This document shows positions 30,898-40,500 of a stretch of DNA of 64,000 nt, one piece after another (position 1 is the first letter of the stretch; each line of letters opens with the position of its first letter). The notes under the pieces were generated by a model. It was not told the origin of the DNA. It saw nothing but the letters and a program-made list of their open reading frames with translations, and did no database searches. The DNA is from Nitrospinales bacterium (GTDB taxonomy: Bacteria > Nitrospinota > Nitrospinia > Nitrospinales > VA-1): NCBI GenBank assembly GCA_965223345.1, contig CBDCWG010000012.1, forward strand, positions 2,752,001-2,816,000. The letters are read 5' to 3'. Made by a program: the position numbers and the translations under genes.

Positions 30898-31142
30898 CGA
30901 CTCATCCGATAAGGGGTGAAAACCGCGGGGGAGAAACACTTAAACCCGCTAATTTAAATTAGAAACTCCTCAGCGGTCAACGATAAAAATCGCCCTTCCC
31001 GTGCGGGCGCGGGGACGGCGGTTTTTGCCGCCGAAACGCCGCCAAAGTTAACCTTTGCAAGCGAATTTTTTTCCGATATCATAGGAGCAAAATTTTTCCA
31101 TATCATTTATTTCCAGATATTTGTGGATTCTCAGGAGCCATC

Positions 31143-32045
31143 ATGAAAACTTATGAAGATTTGGCTGGAGACGGCGGATCGGGAATCGTCAGCCAGGTCG
31201 TCTCGAAGCTGGAAAAACTGCGCGGCCGCCTGGATAAGATCAAGCACAAGGTCGCGCTGATGAGCGGCAAGGGCGGCGTGGGCAAAAGTTCCCTCACGGC
31301 GAATATCGCCGCCTGCCTGGCCGCTAAAGGCCACAAGGTGGGCATCCTCGATGCGGACCTGAACGGGCCCAGCATCTGCCACCTGCTGGGCGTCGGCAGC
31401 GACGTCAAACTGAAGGTCGATGAAGACGGGGTCTTCCCCGGTGAGGGCGCGCAAGGCATCAAGATCATGTCGATGGACATGCTGCTCACGGGAGCGGACA
31501 CGCCGGTCATGTGGACGGAAGAAAAAGGCGCGACGGCGGTCTGGGTGAGCACGATGGAATCGACGGCGCTGCGCGAACTGCTGGCGGACACGCACTGGGG
31601 CGAGCTGGATTTTCTGCTCATCGACATGCCGCCGGGCAGCGACCGCATGGACAACATCCGCGAGTTGATCCCGGAGCTGGAAGGCGTGGTGGAGATCACG
31701 ATCCCCTCGCCGCTGTCGCAGCACATCGTCTCGAAGTCGATCACCAAGAACAACAAGATGGGGGTTCCCATCATCGGGCTCATCGAAAACATGGCCACCT
31801 ATGTCTGCCCCAACTGCGACTGCGAAAGCAAACTGTTCGAAGGACAGGACGTGCATGAGCTGACGGGACGCAAGGGCGTGCCCTACATCGGCAAGATCCC
31901 GTTCGACACGCGCGTTTCCCGCAAAACCGACTCGGGATCGCTGTTTTACACGGAAAACCAGGATTCGCCCACCGGCAAGGCGATCGCCGAGGCGGTGGAC
32001 AACATCCTCAAATTCATTGAAACGAATTCCAAACAGGGGGCGTGA
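31143..32045 (+). CDS. Mrp/NBP35 family ATPase (atypical paralogue)
   Basis: SGKGGVGKS, DADLNGPSI, DMPPG, ENMATYVCPNC. Confidence 0.88.
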   Translation: MKTYEDLAGDGGSGIVSQVVSKLEKLRGRLDKIKHKVALMSGKGGVGKSSLTANIAACLAAKGHKVGILDADLNGPSICHLLGVGSDVKLKVDEDGVFPGEGAQGIKIMSMDMLLTGADTPVMWTEEKGATAVWVSTMESTALRELLADTHWGELDFLLIDMPPGSDRMDNIRELIPELEGVVEITIPSPLSQHIVSKSITKNNKMGVPIIGLIENMATYVCPNCDCESKLFEGQDVHELTGRKGVPYIGKIPFDTRVSRKTDSGSLFYTENQDSPTGKAIAEAVDNILKFIETNSKQGA

Positions 32046-32479
32046 TGAAATTTTTGTGCATTCCTTGCGATGAGCAGATGGAAACCCAGACCGACGGCAT
32101 CATGCCGGACGAGTCGAAAAACCTGGCCATGAAGTTCAAGTGCAAAAAGTGCGGCCACATGATCGCCATGCTGACGAACAAGTTCGAGACGGAATTTGTG
32201 AGCAAGCTGGGCGTGGAGATGGGCGGGACTTCCGCCGAGGGCAAGGCGCCGCTCAGTGTGGTCGGGACGCAGCTCGCTCAGGCCAAGCAGGAACTGAACA
32301 AGGGCAACCCGGAAGACAACCTGATCTGGACGGAAGAGGCGCAGCAGCGCATCAAGAAGGTGCCGTTCTTCGTGCGCAACATGGCCAAGAAAACCGTGAT
32401 CAACTTCGCGCTGGAAAAAGGCGTCACCACCATCGACGCCAAGCTGATGGACGAGGTGCGCGAAAAGGTCGGCATGTAG
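32045..32479 (+). CDS. CxxC..CxxC zinc-ribbon protein with a C-terminal PCP_red (BchB C-terminal-like) domain
   Basis: CIPC...CKKC; WTEEAQQRIKKVPFFVRNMAKK...IDAKLMDEVR. Confidence 0.8.
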   Translation: MKFLCIPCDEQMETQTDGIMPDESKNLAMKFKCKKCGHMIAMLTNKFETEFVSKLGVEMGGTSAEGKAPLSVVGTQLAQAKQELNKGNPEDNLIWTEEAQQRIKKVPFFVRNMAKKTVINFALEKGVTTIDAKLMDEVREKVGM

Positions 32480-32523
32480 TCAGGCCCCGCCTGCGGGGAG
32501 TTGCGCTGAATGAACCACACTCA

Positions 32524-32886
32524 ATGACGAAACAGATTGCTGGAAGAACTCACAACCCGAAGCTGTTCTGGCAGCAGGTCGGGGTTTTGTGGGGGTCCGT
32601 ATTTTTCTGCCTGTTTTTTTTCAACTGGATCCCGTGGGTTTTTGAAAATTATTTTCAGCCCTACGATTCTTCCCTGATCTTTGTCTTACAATCTTTTTCG
32701 ATCTTTCTGTTCTTTGCGATCACCGGAATCTACGGATTGATCCAGGGTTACTGCGCTTGCGGCCCCAAAGGATACATCTGTGAGGGCCGCAAAGCGGTTT
32801 TCTGGAATTCAGTTTGTGTCGGGTTTTATTTCCTGATGACGGGGCTGGTGTTTCTCTTTTTTCACACGGTGGCCCCGAAAGCCTAG
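32524..32886 (+). CDS. Hypothetical membrane protein (3 TM)
   Basis: Three Phe-rich hydrophobic segments; AT-richer than the flanks. Confidence 0.55.
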   Translation: MTKQIAGRTHNPKLFWQQVGVLWGSVFFCLFFFNWIPWVFENYFQPYDSSLIFVLQSFSIFLFFAITGIYGLIQGYCACGPKGYICEGRKAVFWNSVCVGFYFLMTGLVFLFFHTVAPKA

Positions 32887-32912
32887 CGATCGAAATCAAC
32901 CCCGCGCTGTCG

Positions 32913-33317
32913 TCAGCAACCGTGCCGCCACCTGCGGTAATGGCGATGCCTCCAATGGCGGTGTCCCCAGTAGTAGCTCGGACCCCAGGAATAACTGGGC
33001 CAGTAGTCGTAGTTCGTGTAATACGAACGGCTGCGGACGGCCTTGCAGGAGCTGAACCCGTCGTCCCAGCCGTGCTTGTACAGATCGTCCACGCCGTAGC
33101 GGCCGCGGTCTTTCTGAAATGTATAGTTGCTGTAGCCGGCGGACACGTAACCGCTGTCGCAGCCCTCTTTGTATCCCAGCCGGTAGCCCACGGGCTGATG
33201 CGCCCCCACCGCCCGGTCCACGTCTTCGATGGAGGTGGTGCGCGGTCCGCCGTAGTCGTACGTCGCACAGCCCGTGAACAGCATCCCGCAAAAAACAGCG
33301 ATTGAGATTCGTTTCAT
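32913..33317 (-). CDS. Hypothetical lipoprotein
   Basis: Lipobox FTGC; GYKEGCDSG...YKHGWDDGFSSC; Y/W/H/R-rich tail. Confidence 0.75.
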   Translation of the reverse strand: MKRISIAVFCGMLFTGCATYDYGGPRTTSIEDVDRAVGAHQPVGYRLGYKEGCDSGYVSAGYSNYTFQKDRGRYGVDDLYKHGWDDGFSSCKAVRSRSYYTNYDYWPSYSWGPSYYWGHRHWRHRHYRRWRHGC

Positions 33318-33629
33318 GTCGCCCCTGCACTTTCCGGGCTTCGCCCTGTTGAGTCCGTGTCCCCAGCCCAACGGCATTGTATCCGAATATTAAAACTTAT
33401 CGCTAAATCGCGGATTCGTCAACGGCCCATTCTGGCGCGAAAAAACGCTTCAAATCCAGGCATTTCCGCCGCCTGCGCCGGAGATGATTTTGATTGCGGG
33501 TATTGTTTTCAAACAAATTTTGCCTGCCCGTGGTTTTGAGAGTACATTGAGGCGATCAACCGCACGCACTTCTTCTCGCCCTGAAAGCGCGGGAGGATTC
33601 GCGAAGGGGCTTGAACCCGAGGAGACCGT

Positions 33630-34151
33630 ATGCTGAAAAAAATCCTGACCGCTTTGTTTGCGCTCATCGCCATCGTTGTGGTCGTCGGTGTGTTTTTACC
33701 CAAGGACTATGTGATCAGCCGCGCCACCGTCATCGACGCCAAACCGGAAAAAATACACACCTATGTGGGGGATCTGAAAAAATGGGACGCCTGGGAACCC
33801 TGGCGCGAAGGCGACCCCACGCTGGTGATCACGCTGGGCGACAAGACCACAGGCGTCGGCGCCAGTCAGTCCTGGGATGGTAAAAGCGGCGACGGCCGCC
33901 TGGTGTTCACCGAAACCTCGCCGCAGACCGGAGTGAAATACGACCTGTTTTTCCGGCAGGACCAGGAAAAATGCAAGAGCACCATCCTGTACACGCCGAT
34001 GGAATCCAAAACCAATGTCACCTGGACGATGGAAGGCTCCATGGACGTCCCGGTGCTGGGCGGCTGGATGGTGCTCATGCTCGAAGGCATGGTCGCGCCG
34101 ATGTTCGAAAACGGCCTCGCAAAACTGAAGCGGGCCGTCGAGGCGGCGTGA
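33630..34151 (+). CDS. SRPBCC / polyketide-cyclase family protein
   Basis: TM anchor; LPKDY.ISR..VIDA.PE, WEPW, GVGA..SW, TNVTW, FENGLAKLK. Confidence 0.85.
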   Translation: MLKKILTALFALIAIVVVVGVFLPKDYVISRATVIDAKPEKIHTYVGDLKKWDAWEPWREGDPTLVITLGDKTTGVGASQSWDGKSGDGRLVFTETSPQTGVKYDLFFRQDQEKCKSTILYTPMESKTNVTWTMEGSMDVPVLGGWMVLMLEGMVAPMFENGLAKLKRAVEAA

Positions 34152-34155
34152 CGCG

Positions 34156-34554
34156 GTGACTGCGGAAGCAAAAGGGAAAATCATCGGCAGCGCCCCGGTC
34201 CTGCTGGTGGCGGACGTGACGGCGTCGGCGAATTACTACCGGGACAAGCTCGGCTTCCGCTACGAACGGTTCTGGGGCGAGCCGCCCTGCTTCTGCATGC
34301 CGGTGCGCGACGGGCACGTGGTGATGCTGAGCCAGGTGGAGGACGCCAGACACATCGTGCCGCATTACAAAGTGGTTGAGAAGATGTGGAACGTGTATTT
34401 CTGGGTGGACGACGTCGAAGCGGTGTACCGCGACGTGAAGCAGCGCGGCGCCACGATCGATTACGACATCTGCACCCAGCCTTACGGCGTCAAGGAATTC
34501 GGCGTTCAGGATCTCGACGGCTACGACCTCGCGTTCGGCCAGGATATGGATTGA
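34156..34554 (+). CDS. VOC / glyoxalase family protein
   Basis: PVLLVADV..S..YYRDKLGF, YFWVDDV, PYGVKEF..QDLDG..LAFGQ. Confidence 0.88.
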   Translation: MTAEAKGKIIGSAPVLLVADVTASANYYRDKLGFRYERFWGEPPCFCMPVRDGHVVMLSQVEDARHIVPHYKVVEKMWNVYFWVDDVEAVYRDVKQRGATIDYDICTQPYGVKEFGVQDLDGYDLAFGQDMD

Positions 34555-34597
34555 CGCCCTCCCCGCAACTTATCCGCTTTGCAGCACGCCTCTCCTT

Positions 34598-35404
34598 CTA
34601 TCCCCGGTTGCGCCAGAACTTCAACTCGGGCAGGGACCGTTGATCGGAGTTGTTTCCGGTTTTGTCCAGCGCCTGGCTGTTCCAGTTTTCGATCGCCTTG
34701 TCGATGATGCCCTGATAGGGAGTGGCGGCAGGCGAACCCAGCGCCGCGTTTTTTTCAACGCGGTTGTCCGCCCCGTAGGACCACAGAAACGCGCCCAGCT
34801 GGTGCTTGTAGCAACGCGACGTTTCATCCAGGCATACCGGAACATCGATGACGTTCGCCGCCCGCTTGTAGTCCCCACTCGGAGAAAGGCACAACACCGC
34901 GGGTTCGGAGCGGTCGCCGCCCGAACGGCCGGTGAAGACACGGGCGGTTTCCTGATCGAACACACCGCAGGTGCGTCGTTGCTCTTCCGTGTACTTGGGA
35001 AAGCTGAGTGCCGAGTCTTCCTCGGCGCCGATGTATCCCCAGGTGGACGCCTGATTCAGTTTCGTGCCCGACTGATCGACGGCCCAGCCGCCCGACGTCT
35101 CCCGCTGTTTCATCTGCAACGGCGTGGCATCGCCTTCCCTGCCTGTTTCCGGGTCGAGATCCTGAAGGATCTGAATGAATCCGATCCGGTCGCAGTCGCA
35201 TTGAATGGCGCAGCCGGGTGTGTCGGGATCGAAACTGACCCGGCCTATGAAACGATCTTCTGTGGGATGCAGGTTGGAACTGAGTTTGAAATTGGAACAG
35301 TCCGGTTCGCGCACGGTGTGCACTGTTTCGGTGCAGGCGGTGATCAAGGGTATCAGCAGCAACGCCAGGGCGAAGCGGATGGGTTTGCGTGCGATTGCGT
35401 TCAT
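34598..35404 (-). CDS. Hypothetical Cys-rich lipoprotein
   Basis: Lipobox ITAC; several further Cys; GGAGG RBS. Confidence 0.7.
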   Translation of the reverse strand: MNAIARKPIRFALALLLIPLITACTETVHTVREPDCSNFKLSSNLHPTEDRFIGRVSFDPDTPGCAIQCDCDRIGFIQILQDLDPETGREGDATPLQMKQRETSGGWAVDQSGTKLNQASTWGYIGAEEDSALSFPKYTEEQRRTCGVFDQETARVFTGRSGGDRSEPAVLCLSPSGDYKRAANVIDVPVCLDETSRCYKHQLGAFLWSYGADNRVEKNAALGSPAATPYQGIIDKAIENWNSQALDKTGNNSDQRSLPELKFWRNRG

Positions 35405-35851
35405 GAGTCCTCCGGTTCAGGGACCCGCTGCAAACGGGTCCCATTCTGAATTTGCTTTTTATAGGATGCCTGAAAAATACAGTGCAATATACAGGCCATC
35501 GGATTTGAGAGTGTTCCGGAATTTTTTTTTGCCGGCTCTGCCTGGAAGTTTTGCCGCCGGTTCCGCCTTTCGACGATAAGTGGATGCGAGGTGATATTTC
35601 GCTGCTTTCAAGTTTAAGCAGTTACTTAACAATCCGCTTCGTTCTCCGCTCCCGGAACGCAATGCCTGCCATGCCGTGATTCATCCGTTTATCGCCTGCC
35701 TGCAGCGGATAAAAATTTCTCTCCAGGGAACCCGTCCCCGGTGATCCACACCCGGCTCAAATCCCCCGATCATGGTGGTTTTCCCCCGGCACGGATGGTT
35801 TTATTTCTGTCATCTCCATTCGTTTCGATTGATTTGTATTCACTTAGCGTT

Positions 35852-35867
35852 TGGCACAAAGCATGCA
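35852..35867 (+). promoter_or_regulatory. Sigma54 (-24/-12) promoter
   Basis: TGGCAC-AAAGC-ATGCA against consensus TGGCAC-N5-TTGCW, about 55 nt before the entericidin ATG. Confidence 0.65.
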
Positions 35868-35920
35868 ACTTATTTTATGCAAAGAAATTATTTCCGGCAA
35901 CGAAACACAGGAGAAAGCAC

Positions 35921-36064
35921 ATGAACAAGAAATTCGCACTCTATTGCTTCATCGCCATGTTTTTTCTGGGCACGGTCGCTGCGTGCAATACCACCCGTGG
36001 TGTGGGAGAAGATCTGGAAGCGGTGGGTGAAACCATAGCGGAAGAAGCGGAAGAGCATAAGTAA
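35921..36064 (+). CDS. Entericidin EcnA/B family lipoprotein
   Basis: MNKK...VAACNTTRGVGEDL...GETI; AGGAG RBS. Confidence 0.88.
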   Translation: MNKKFALYCFIAMFFLGTVAACNTTRGVGEDLEAVGETIAEEAEEHK

Positions 36065-36123
36065 TAAGACAGGTGGCTTTTTCCTGGCTAACGGTAAGGG
36101 TTCGTCGGGATCAAGTCTGCCGG

Positions 36124-36150
36124 CGGGGCGTTCGCGCCCCGTTTTTTTTT
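36124..36150 (+). terminator. Intrinsic terminator
   Basis: CGGGGCG-TTCG-CGCCCCG-T9. Confidence 0.85.
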
Positions 36151-36292
36151 GCCCGCCTCTCCCCCTTCCCGCCCGGACTCACATCAACCCCTTGATTTGT
36201 CAGAGTCAAACCATCGCGAGCGAACCGCTGCCTTTCCTGATACAATTGTGTTTCTTACGAAACGTTCACTGTGAGGGTATGGAGATGCGGCG

Positions 36293-36907
36293 ATGCGAAC
36301 TCTTTGCGGGATTCTATTCGGTCTTTCGGTGTTGTTGAACGCAGGTTGTGGCGGAGAGGAAAAGCCGGCGCAAAAGGCCAAAGCGCCTGCGCCCGCGGCG
36401 GCGGCAAAGAAACCGGCCGACAGCGGGAAAACGGCCGAAACGACAGTGGCGCAAGCGCCGGTGGACGATGCGGCCCAAATGCCCTGTTCGCTGTTCAAGG
36501 TCGAGGAATTGCAGCAGGTGCTGGGTACGCCCGTTCAGGCAGGCCGCCACAAATCCGAAAACATTACCGAGAGCGGTTACGACTGGAAAGCGGAAAGCTG
36601 TTTCTGGGCACAAAAGAGCGACGCGGAGACCGGCCTCACCGTCAAGGTGAGCCTGGGCAAGCATTTTTTCGGCAAGGAAGTCGAATGCTACGAATTGACC
36701 GGCGATCCTAAAGAACTCAAAGTCAACGCAAGCCCCGCCTGGTGGAAATTTTTCAACAGCGTCGGCCGCGGCACGCTGCGGGCCTGCGACACCGCCACGG
36801 CGCTGGTGCACGTGCAGCTCGATCAGGAAGGCGGCGAAGAGAGCGCCCTCGAGTCGAAGGCCGTGGACATCGTGAAAAAAACCCTCGAACGCGTGAAGAA
36901 GGGATGA
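36293..36907 (+). CDS. Hypothetical lipoprotein
   Basis: Lipobox NAGC, A/P/K-rich linker, PCSL...LG and C.W motifs. Confidence 0.75.
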   Translation: MRTLCGILFGLSVLLNAGCGGEEKPAQKAKAPAPAAAAKKPADSGKTAETTVAQAPVDDAAQMPCSLFKVEELQQVLGTPVQAGRHKSENITESGYDWKAESCFWAQKSDAETGLTVKVSLGKHFFGKEVECYELTGDPKELKVNASPAWWKFFNSVGRGTLRACDTATALVHVQLDQEGGEESALESKAVDIVKKTLERVKKG

Positions 36908-37306
36908 GCCCGTCCGGGCGATTCCCCTACACTCCCCCATTGAAAACCCCGGCCGGTAGCGGGCCCCTCCGAAAAGCCCGCATCGTGTAACGCTTGTTCG
37001 CGGATTGCGGGCGTCACGCTCTCCCCTGCTTCCCGGTTATTTTCTTTTCTCAGGCAAATGGCTTATCCGAATATTTTTTTTGCATACCGAAAATAGTCCG
37101 GTTGTGCTATATATTTTTACGTATGTTTTTGATATATTTACGCCCTATTTAGAATGATCGTTCTTCCGTAGTGAGGATGCGACGGTCGCACTCTTTCCCA
37201 TCGTCGAGCGGTTTCCGTTCCTGCTATTTCCAGGATCCAAACAGTCACAAGTGGCTTGCCAGAGCCGCCGTACAGCCTCTTTCCCTAAACTCGGGGGGAA
37301 AATCTG

Positions 37307-37570
37307 GTGTCGAACAACGCCAAAGATTCGATCAAACCGAAAAACGCCGACCTCACCCCCTGCCCCGAACTGGACCGGCGCATGCAAGGGGCGGGGCTCA
37401 CCGGCCGGGAACGGGAGATCTGTGTGCAGATTCGCAACGGTTTCAGCAATCAGGAAATCGCCACGCGACTGGGGATCAGCCCGCATACCGTGAAGAATCA
37501 TATCAGAAACATCCATCAAAAACTGGGGGTTCAGACCCGCGCCAAACTGGTGGCTCTGCTGAATCAATAG
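37307..37570 (+). CDS. Stand-alone LuxR/GerE-type HTH protein
   Basis: LTGREREI...GFSNQEIATRLGISPHTVKNHIRNIHQKLGV.TR. Confidence 0.88.
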   Translation: MSNNAKDSIKPKNADLTPCPELDRRMQGAGLTGREREICVQIRNGFSNQEIATRLGISPHTVKNHIRNIHQKLGVQTRAKLVALLNQ

Positions 37571-37751
37571 AAAAGTTGCGGGTGAAACCTGGAGTTTTGC
37601 TTAATAAAGCCGATGGGAAGGGGACTTGAATTTTTTTCGGAGGGAAACGCTTGATTCCTTGCAATTTAAAAAAATGATCCGAGCGTGCTATTTATTTCCT
37701 AATAATGTTTTGGTACATTCGCGCTCCTGACTGCCACGGAGGAGGCAAACT

Positions 37752-37865
37752 GTGAGACATTCCAGCCTAGAGATGTATCCGGAGAACAAGCTTGCGAAAG
37801 GGATGCTTTGGGGATTCCTGCTGGAGGCTCCTTTTTTTCTGGCCCTTCTCTACTACTTCTGGTGA
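37752..37865 (+). CDS. Small membrane protein (37 aa)
   Basis: GGAGGAGG RBS 6 nt before GTG; MRHSSLEMYPENKLAKGMLWGFLLEAPFFLALLYYFW. Confidence 0.6.
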   Translation: MRHSSLEMYPENKLAKGMLWGFLLEAPFFLALLYYFW

Positions 37866-37987
37866 TGCGGCTTATGCGCGTCGCGCCCGTTCGGGCCTGA
37901 CCGTTTCAAGCGGCGATCTTCACCATCGAAAGCCTTCCACGATCTATCCAACCGCGCTATTCCTGACCGGCGTTTATCACACCTCAC

Positions 37988-38371
37988 TCAGGTTTTCTTG
38001 AACTCGCCCATGCGGGCTTGCAGCTTTTTCACCCGCTCTTCCAGATTCTGAATTTTTTCCTGCTGCAATTCGATGATGGTGTCCTTGGCCTGCAGCATTT
38101 CATCGCGCCAGTTCGCCGCGGGATCGCCACTCTCAGTATCCCCAACCCGTTTCGGAACCGAATAGGGAACCGCTTTGCCGGTCAGCAGCCAGGTTTCGGA
38201 TACATCGAGGGCCTGGGCCAGCTTCAACAGGGACGCGAGGCTGGGAGTGGTCTTGCCGTTTTCCCAGTCGCTGATGTCCGGCGGATGACAGCCGACCCGG
38301 GCGGCCAGCTCTTTCGCCTTCAGCCCCAATTCCTTCCTTCTCGATACGATTCTCGATCCTATTGTGTTCAC
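37988..38371 (-). CDS. XRE/CI-like HTH regulator with C-terminal coiled coil
   Basis: IGSRI..RRKELGL...LAARVG....ISDWENG.TTP...L.KLA.AL.VSETWLLTG. Confidence 0.88.
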   Translation of the reverse strand: MNTIGSRIVSRRKELGLKAKELAARVGCHPPDISDWENGKTTPSLASLLKLAQALDVSETWLLTGKAVPYSVPKRVGDTESGDPAANWRDEMLQAKDTIIELQQEKIQNLEERVKKLQARMGEFKKT

Positions 38372-38655
38372 GTAATTTAGGAAAAATAATGTTGAATTCG
38401 CTTGAGGAAAATTCGGCTAGTTGCTAATATTTGTTCAAGTGCAAATCTTCCGCTCTGCCGCAGCCCCTCTGACGGCCCAAAAGTAACTCTATATGTTTAA
38501 AGAGTTTATCATAGCGGTTCTCGCCTGTCAGCCCTGAACTTGTTAACCCAGAGGCTAAATTCCGCAATTACAGGCATTTCCCCAGAAACACCGTTTGCTG
38601 CACCCCGGGAAGGTTTCCCATTCAGGAGGGCACGACGCAACCTAGGAGGTGGAAC

Positions 38656-38904
38656 ATGAATGGGTACGGTCAGTACAAGGGTTTGGAGTCGTTATTGGGG
38701 CAACGGGTCACGCTGTTCTGCGCCAACTACATCTACACGGGGCAGTTGATGCGGGTGAGCCCGACCTGCGTGCTGCTCAAGGATCCGGCGATCGTCTACG
38801 AGACCGGTCCTTTCGATTCGAGCGAGTGGAAGGACGCGCAGCCCCTGCCGGGTTCGTGGTCCGTGCGTCTGCTCGCCATCGAATCGTTCGGGGTGCTCAA
38901 ATGA
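38656..38904 (+). CDS. Small hypothetical protein, possibly phage-related with Sm/SH3-like fold
   Basis: AGGAGG RBS; LLGQRVTLFC.NYIYTG.L..V....VLL.DP pattern. Confidence 0.7.
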   Translation: MNGYGQYKGLESLLGQRVTLFCANYIYTGQLMRVSPTCVLLKDPAIVYETGPFDSSEWKDAQPLPGSWSVRLLAIESFGVLK

Positions 38905-39050
38905 TTATACGACGCAACCGCGGCAAAACGCGCACCATCTCGGCCTGCGGTTCTGGAAGGCGGTCCTGGTGCGTGAGCGGTGCGGGGCCGTGGATAATCC
39001 CAGGCTCGCTTTCGGGGGAGCCGGCCCGTTGGGGGTCCTGGATGGGATGA
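38901..39050 (+). CDS. Possible 49-aa R/G/S/W-rich peptide
   Basis: ATGA overlap with the preceding stop; MIIRRNRGKTRTISACGSGRRSWCVSGAGPW... Confidence 0.35.
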   Translation: MIIRRNRGKTRTISACGSGRRSWCVSGAGPWIIPGSLSGEPARWGSWMG

Positions 39051-39051
39051 G

Positions 39052-39384
39052 TCAGTTGGAGCGGTTGCCCTGGCACTCGGCGCACTGGCACAACTTCCGC
39101 AGCAGTTCGTGCGGATACAGCCCGGTGTCGTGGCCGTCGTTCCAGTAAAACTGAATCGCGTACAGCCCGACGGCCTTGAGGTTGACCGGCCGGATGCTGT
39201 CGGGCACCATGCCCGGCTTGAGGCGGCGCTCGCCCGTCCACTCGTCGATGCACTGGGCGCAGGGGCAGCTTTCCCTGAGGTACTTGACGGCGTAGACGGA
39301 CTCGTGTCCGTCGGTCCAGGTGATGCCGAGGGTGGTTTCGTCCACCTGGCGGATGTCTTTCGGAGAAGGTTTTTCAGCGTTCAC
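39052..39384 (-). CDS. DUF971 (GBBH N-terminal-like) protein
   Basis: ITWTDGHES.Y...YLRESCPCAQC, VGLYAIQF.WNDGHDTGLY. Confidence 0.9.
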   Translation of the reverse strand: MNAEKPSPKDIRQVDETTLGITWTDGHESVYAVKYLRESCPCAQCIDEWTGERRLKPGMVPDSIRPVNLKAVGLYAIQFYWNDGHDTGLYPHELLRKLCQCAECQGNRSN

Positions 39385-39402
39385 GCGGCGCGTCCCAGTG
39401 AA

Positions 39403-40500
39403 TTAACTTTTCCATGCCAGCTCGAAACTGGAATCGACTTTCTTTTCGGCGTTGGCCTGCTGGATGCTGATCTGCGCCGCCACCTGCCCCGCGAGGTCCC
39501 GGTAGGCCTTGCTCGCCGGGGAATCGGCGTTGCTCATCGTCACCGGAACGCCGCTGTCGCCGCCTTCCACCACTTCCGGAACCAGCGGAATGCCGCCGAG
39601 GAAGGGGATCTTGAACCGGTCCGCCAGCGCCTGTCCGCCGCCCTGCTTGAAGATGGTGTGCTTCTTGTCGCAGCCGTCGCAGACGAAATAGCTCATGTTC
39701 TCGACGATGCCCAGAAGCGGCACTTTCACCTGCTGGAACATCTTCACGCCTTTGTCCGCATCGATGAGGCTGACCTCCTGCGGCGTTGTCACCACCACCG
39801 CGCCCGACAAAGGCGCCCGCTGCGTCAGGGTGAGCTGCACGTCGCCGGTGCCGGGAGGCAGGTCGATGACGAGGTAATCGAGATCGCCCCACTCCACGTT
39901 CTGCAGAAACTGCTGGATGATGCCGCCCAGCATGGGGCCGCGCAGCATGAGCGGCTGTCCCTGCTTGGTGAGAAAGGCGGCGGAGACCACCTTCATGCCG
40001 TATTGTTCATGCGGGAAAAACTTGTTGTCCTCGCCCGCCTTCGGGGGGGTGATGGGAATACCCAGCATCTGCGGGATGCTGGGGCCGTAAACGTCCGCAT
40101 CCATTAGGCCGACGCTGGCGCCGGTCTGTTTCAGCGCGATGGCGAGGTTGGTGCTGACGGTGGATTTGCCCACACCGCCCTTGCCGCTGGCGACGGCGAT
40201 GATGTTCTTGACGCCGGTCAGGATGGGCTGGCTGTGCTGGGACGAGCGCACCACGGCGGTCATGTTCACGTCCACCTCGGTCACGCCCTCGATGGCGCGG
40301 GTCTTGGTCTCACATTCGGTTTTCAACTCGTCTTTTACCGGACAGGCGGGGGTGGTCAGTTCCACATCGTAGCGGACGCTGCCGTTTTCCACCTTCATAT
40401 TTTTTACAAACCCCAGACTCACGATGTCGCGATTGAGATCGGGGTCCTTGACGGTCTTCAAAGCTGCGATCACTTTTTCCTGCAATGCTTGGTCGGACAT
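39403..40500 (-). CDS. apbC: Fe-S cluster carrier Mrp/ApbC with N-terminal DUF59 domain
   Basis: VKDPDL.RDIVSLG, TTPACP, SGKGGVGKST, DADVYGPS, DLPPGTGD, ENMSYFVCDGC. Confidence 0.92.
   Translation of the reverse strand: MSDQALQEKVIAALKTVKDPDLNRDIVSLGFVKNMKVENGSVRYDVELTTPACPVKDELKTECETKTRAIEGVTEVDVNMTAVVRSSQHSQPILTGVKNIIAVASGKGGVGKSTVSTNLAIALKQTGASVGLMDADVYGPSIPQMLGIPITPPKAGEDNKFFPHEQYGMKVVSAAFLTKQGQPLMLRGPMLGGIIQQFLQNVEWGDLDYLVIDLPPGTGDVQLTLTQRAPLSGAVVVTTPQEVSLIDADKGVKMFQQVKVPLLGIVENMSYFVCDGCDKKHTIFKQGGGQALADRFKIPFLGGIPLVPEVVEGGDSGVPVTMSNADSPASKAYRDLAGQVAAQISIQQANAEKKVDSSFELAWKS

Noticed and set aside
32045..32479. Photosynthesis gene (protochlorophyllide reductase subunit)
   Set aside because: Only the small PCP_red domain is present; it also occurs in non-phototrophs and no bch/chl genes are nearby.
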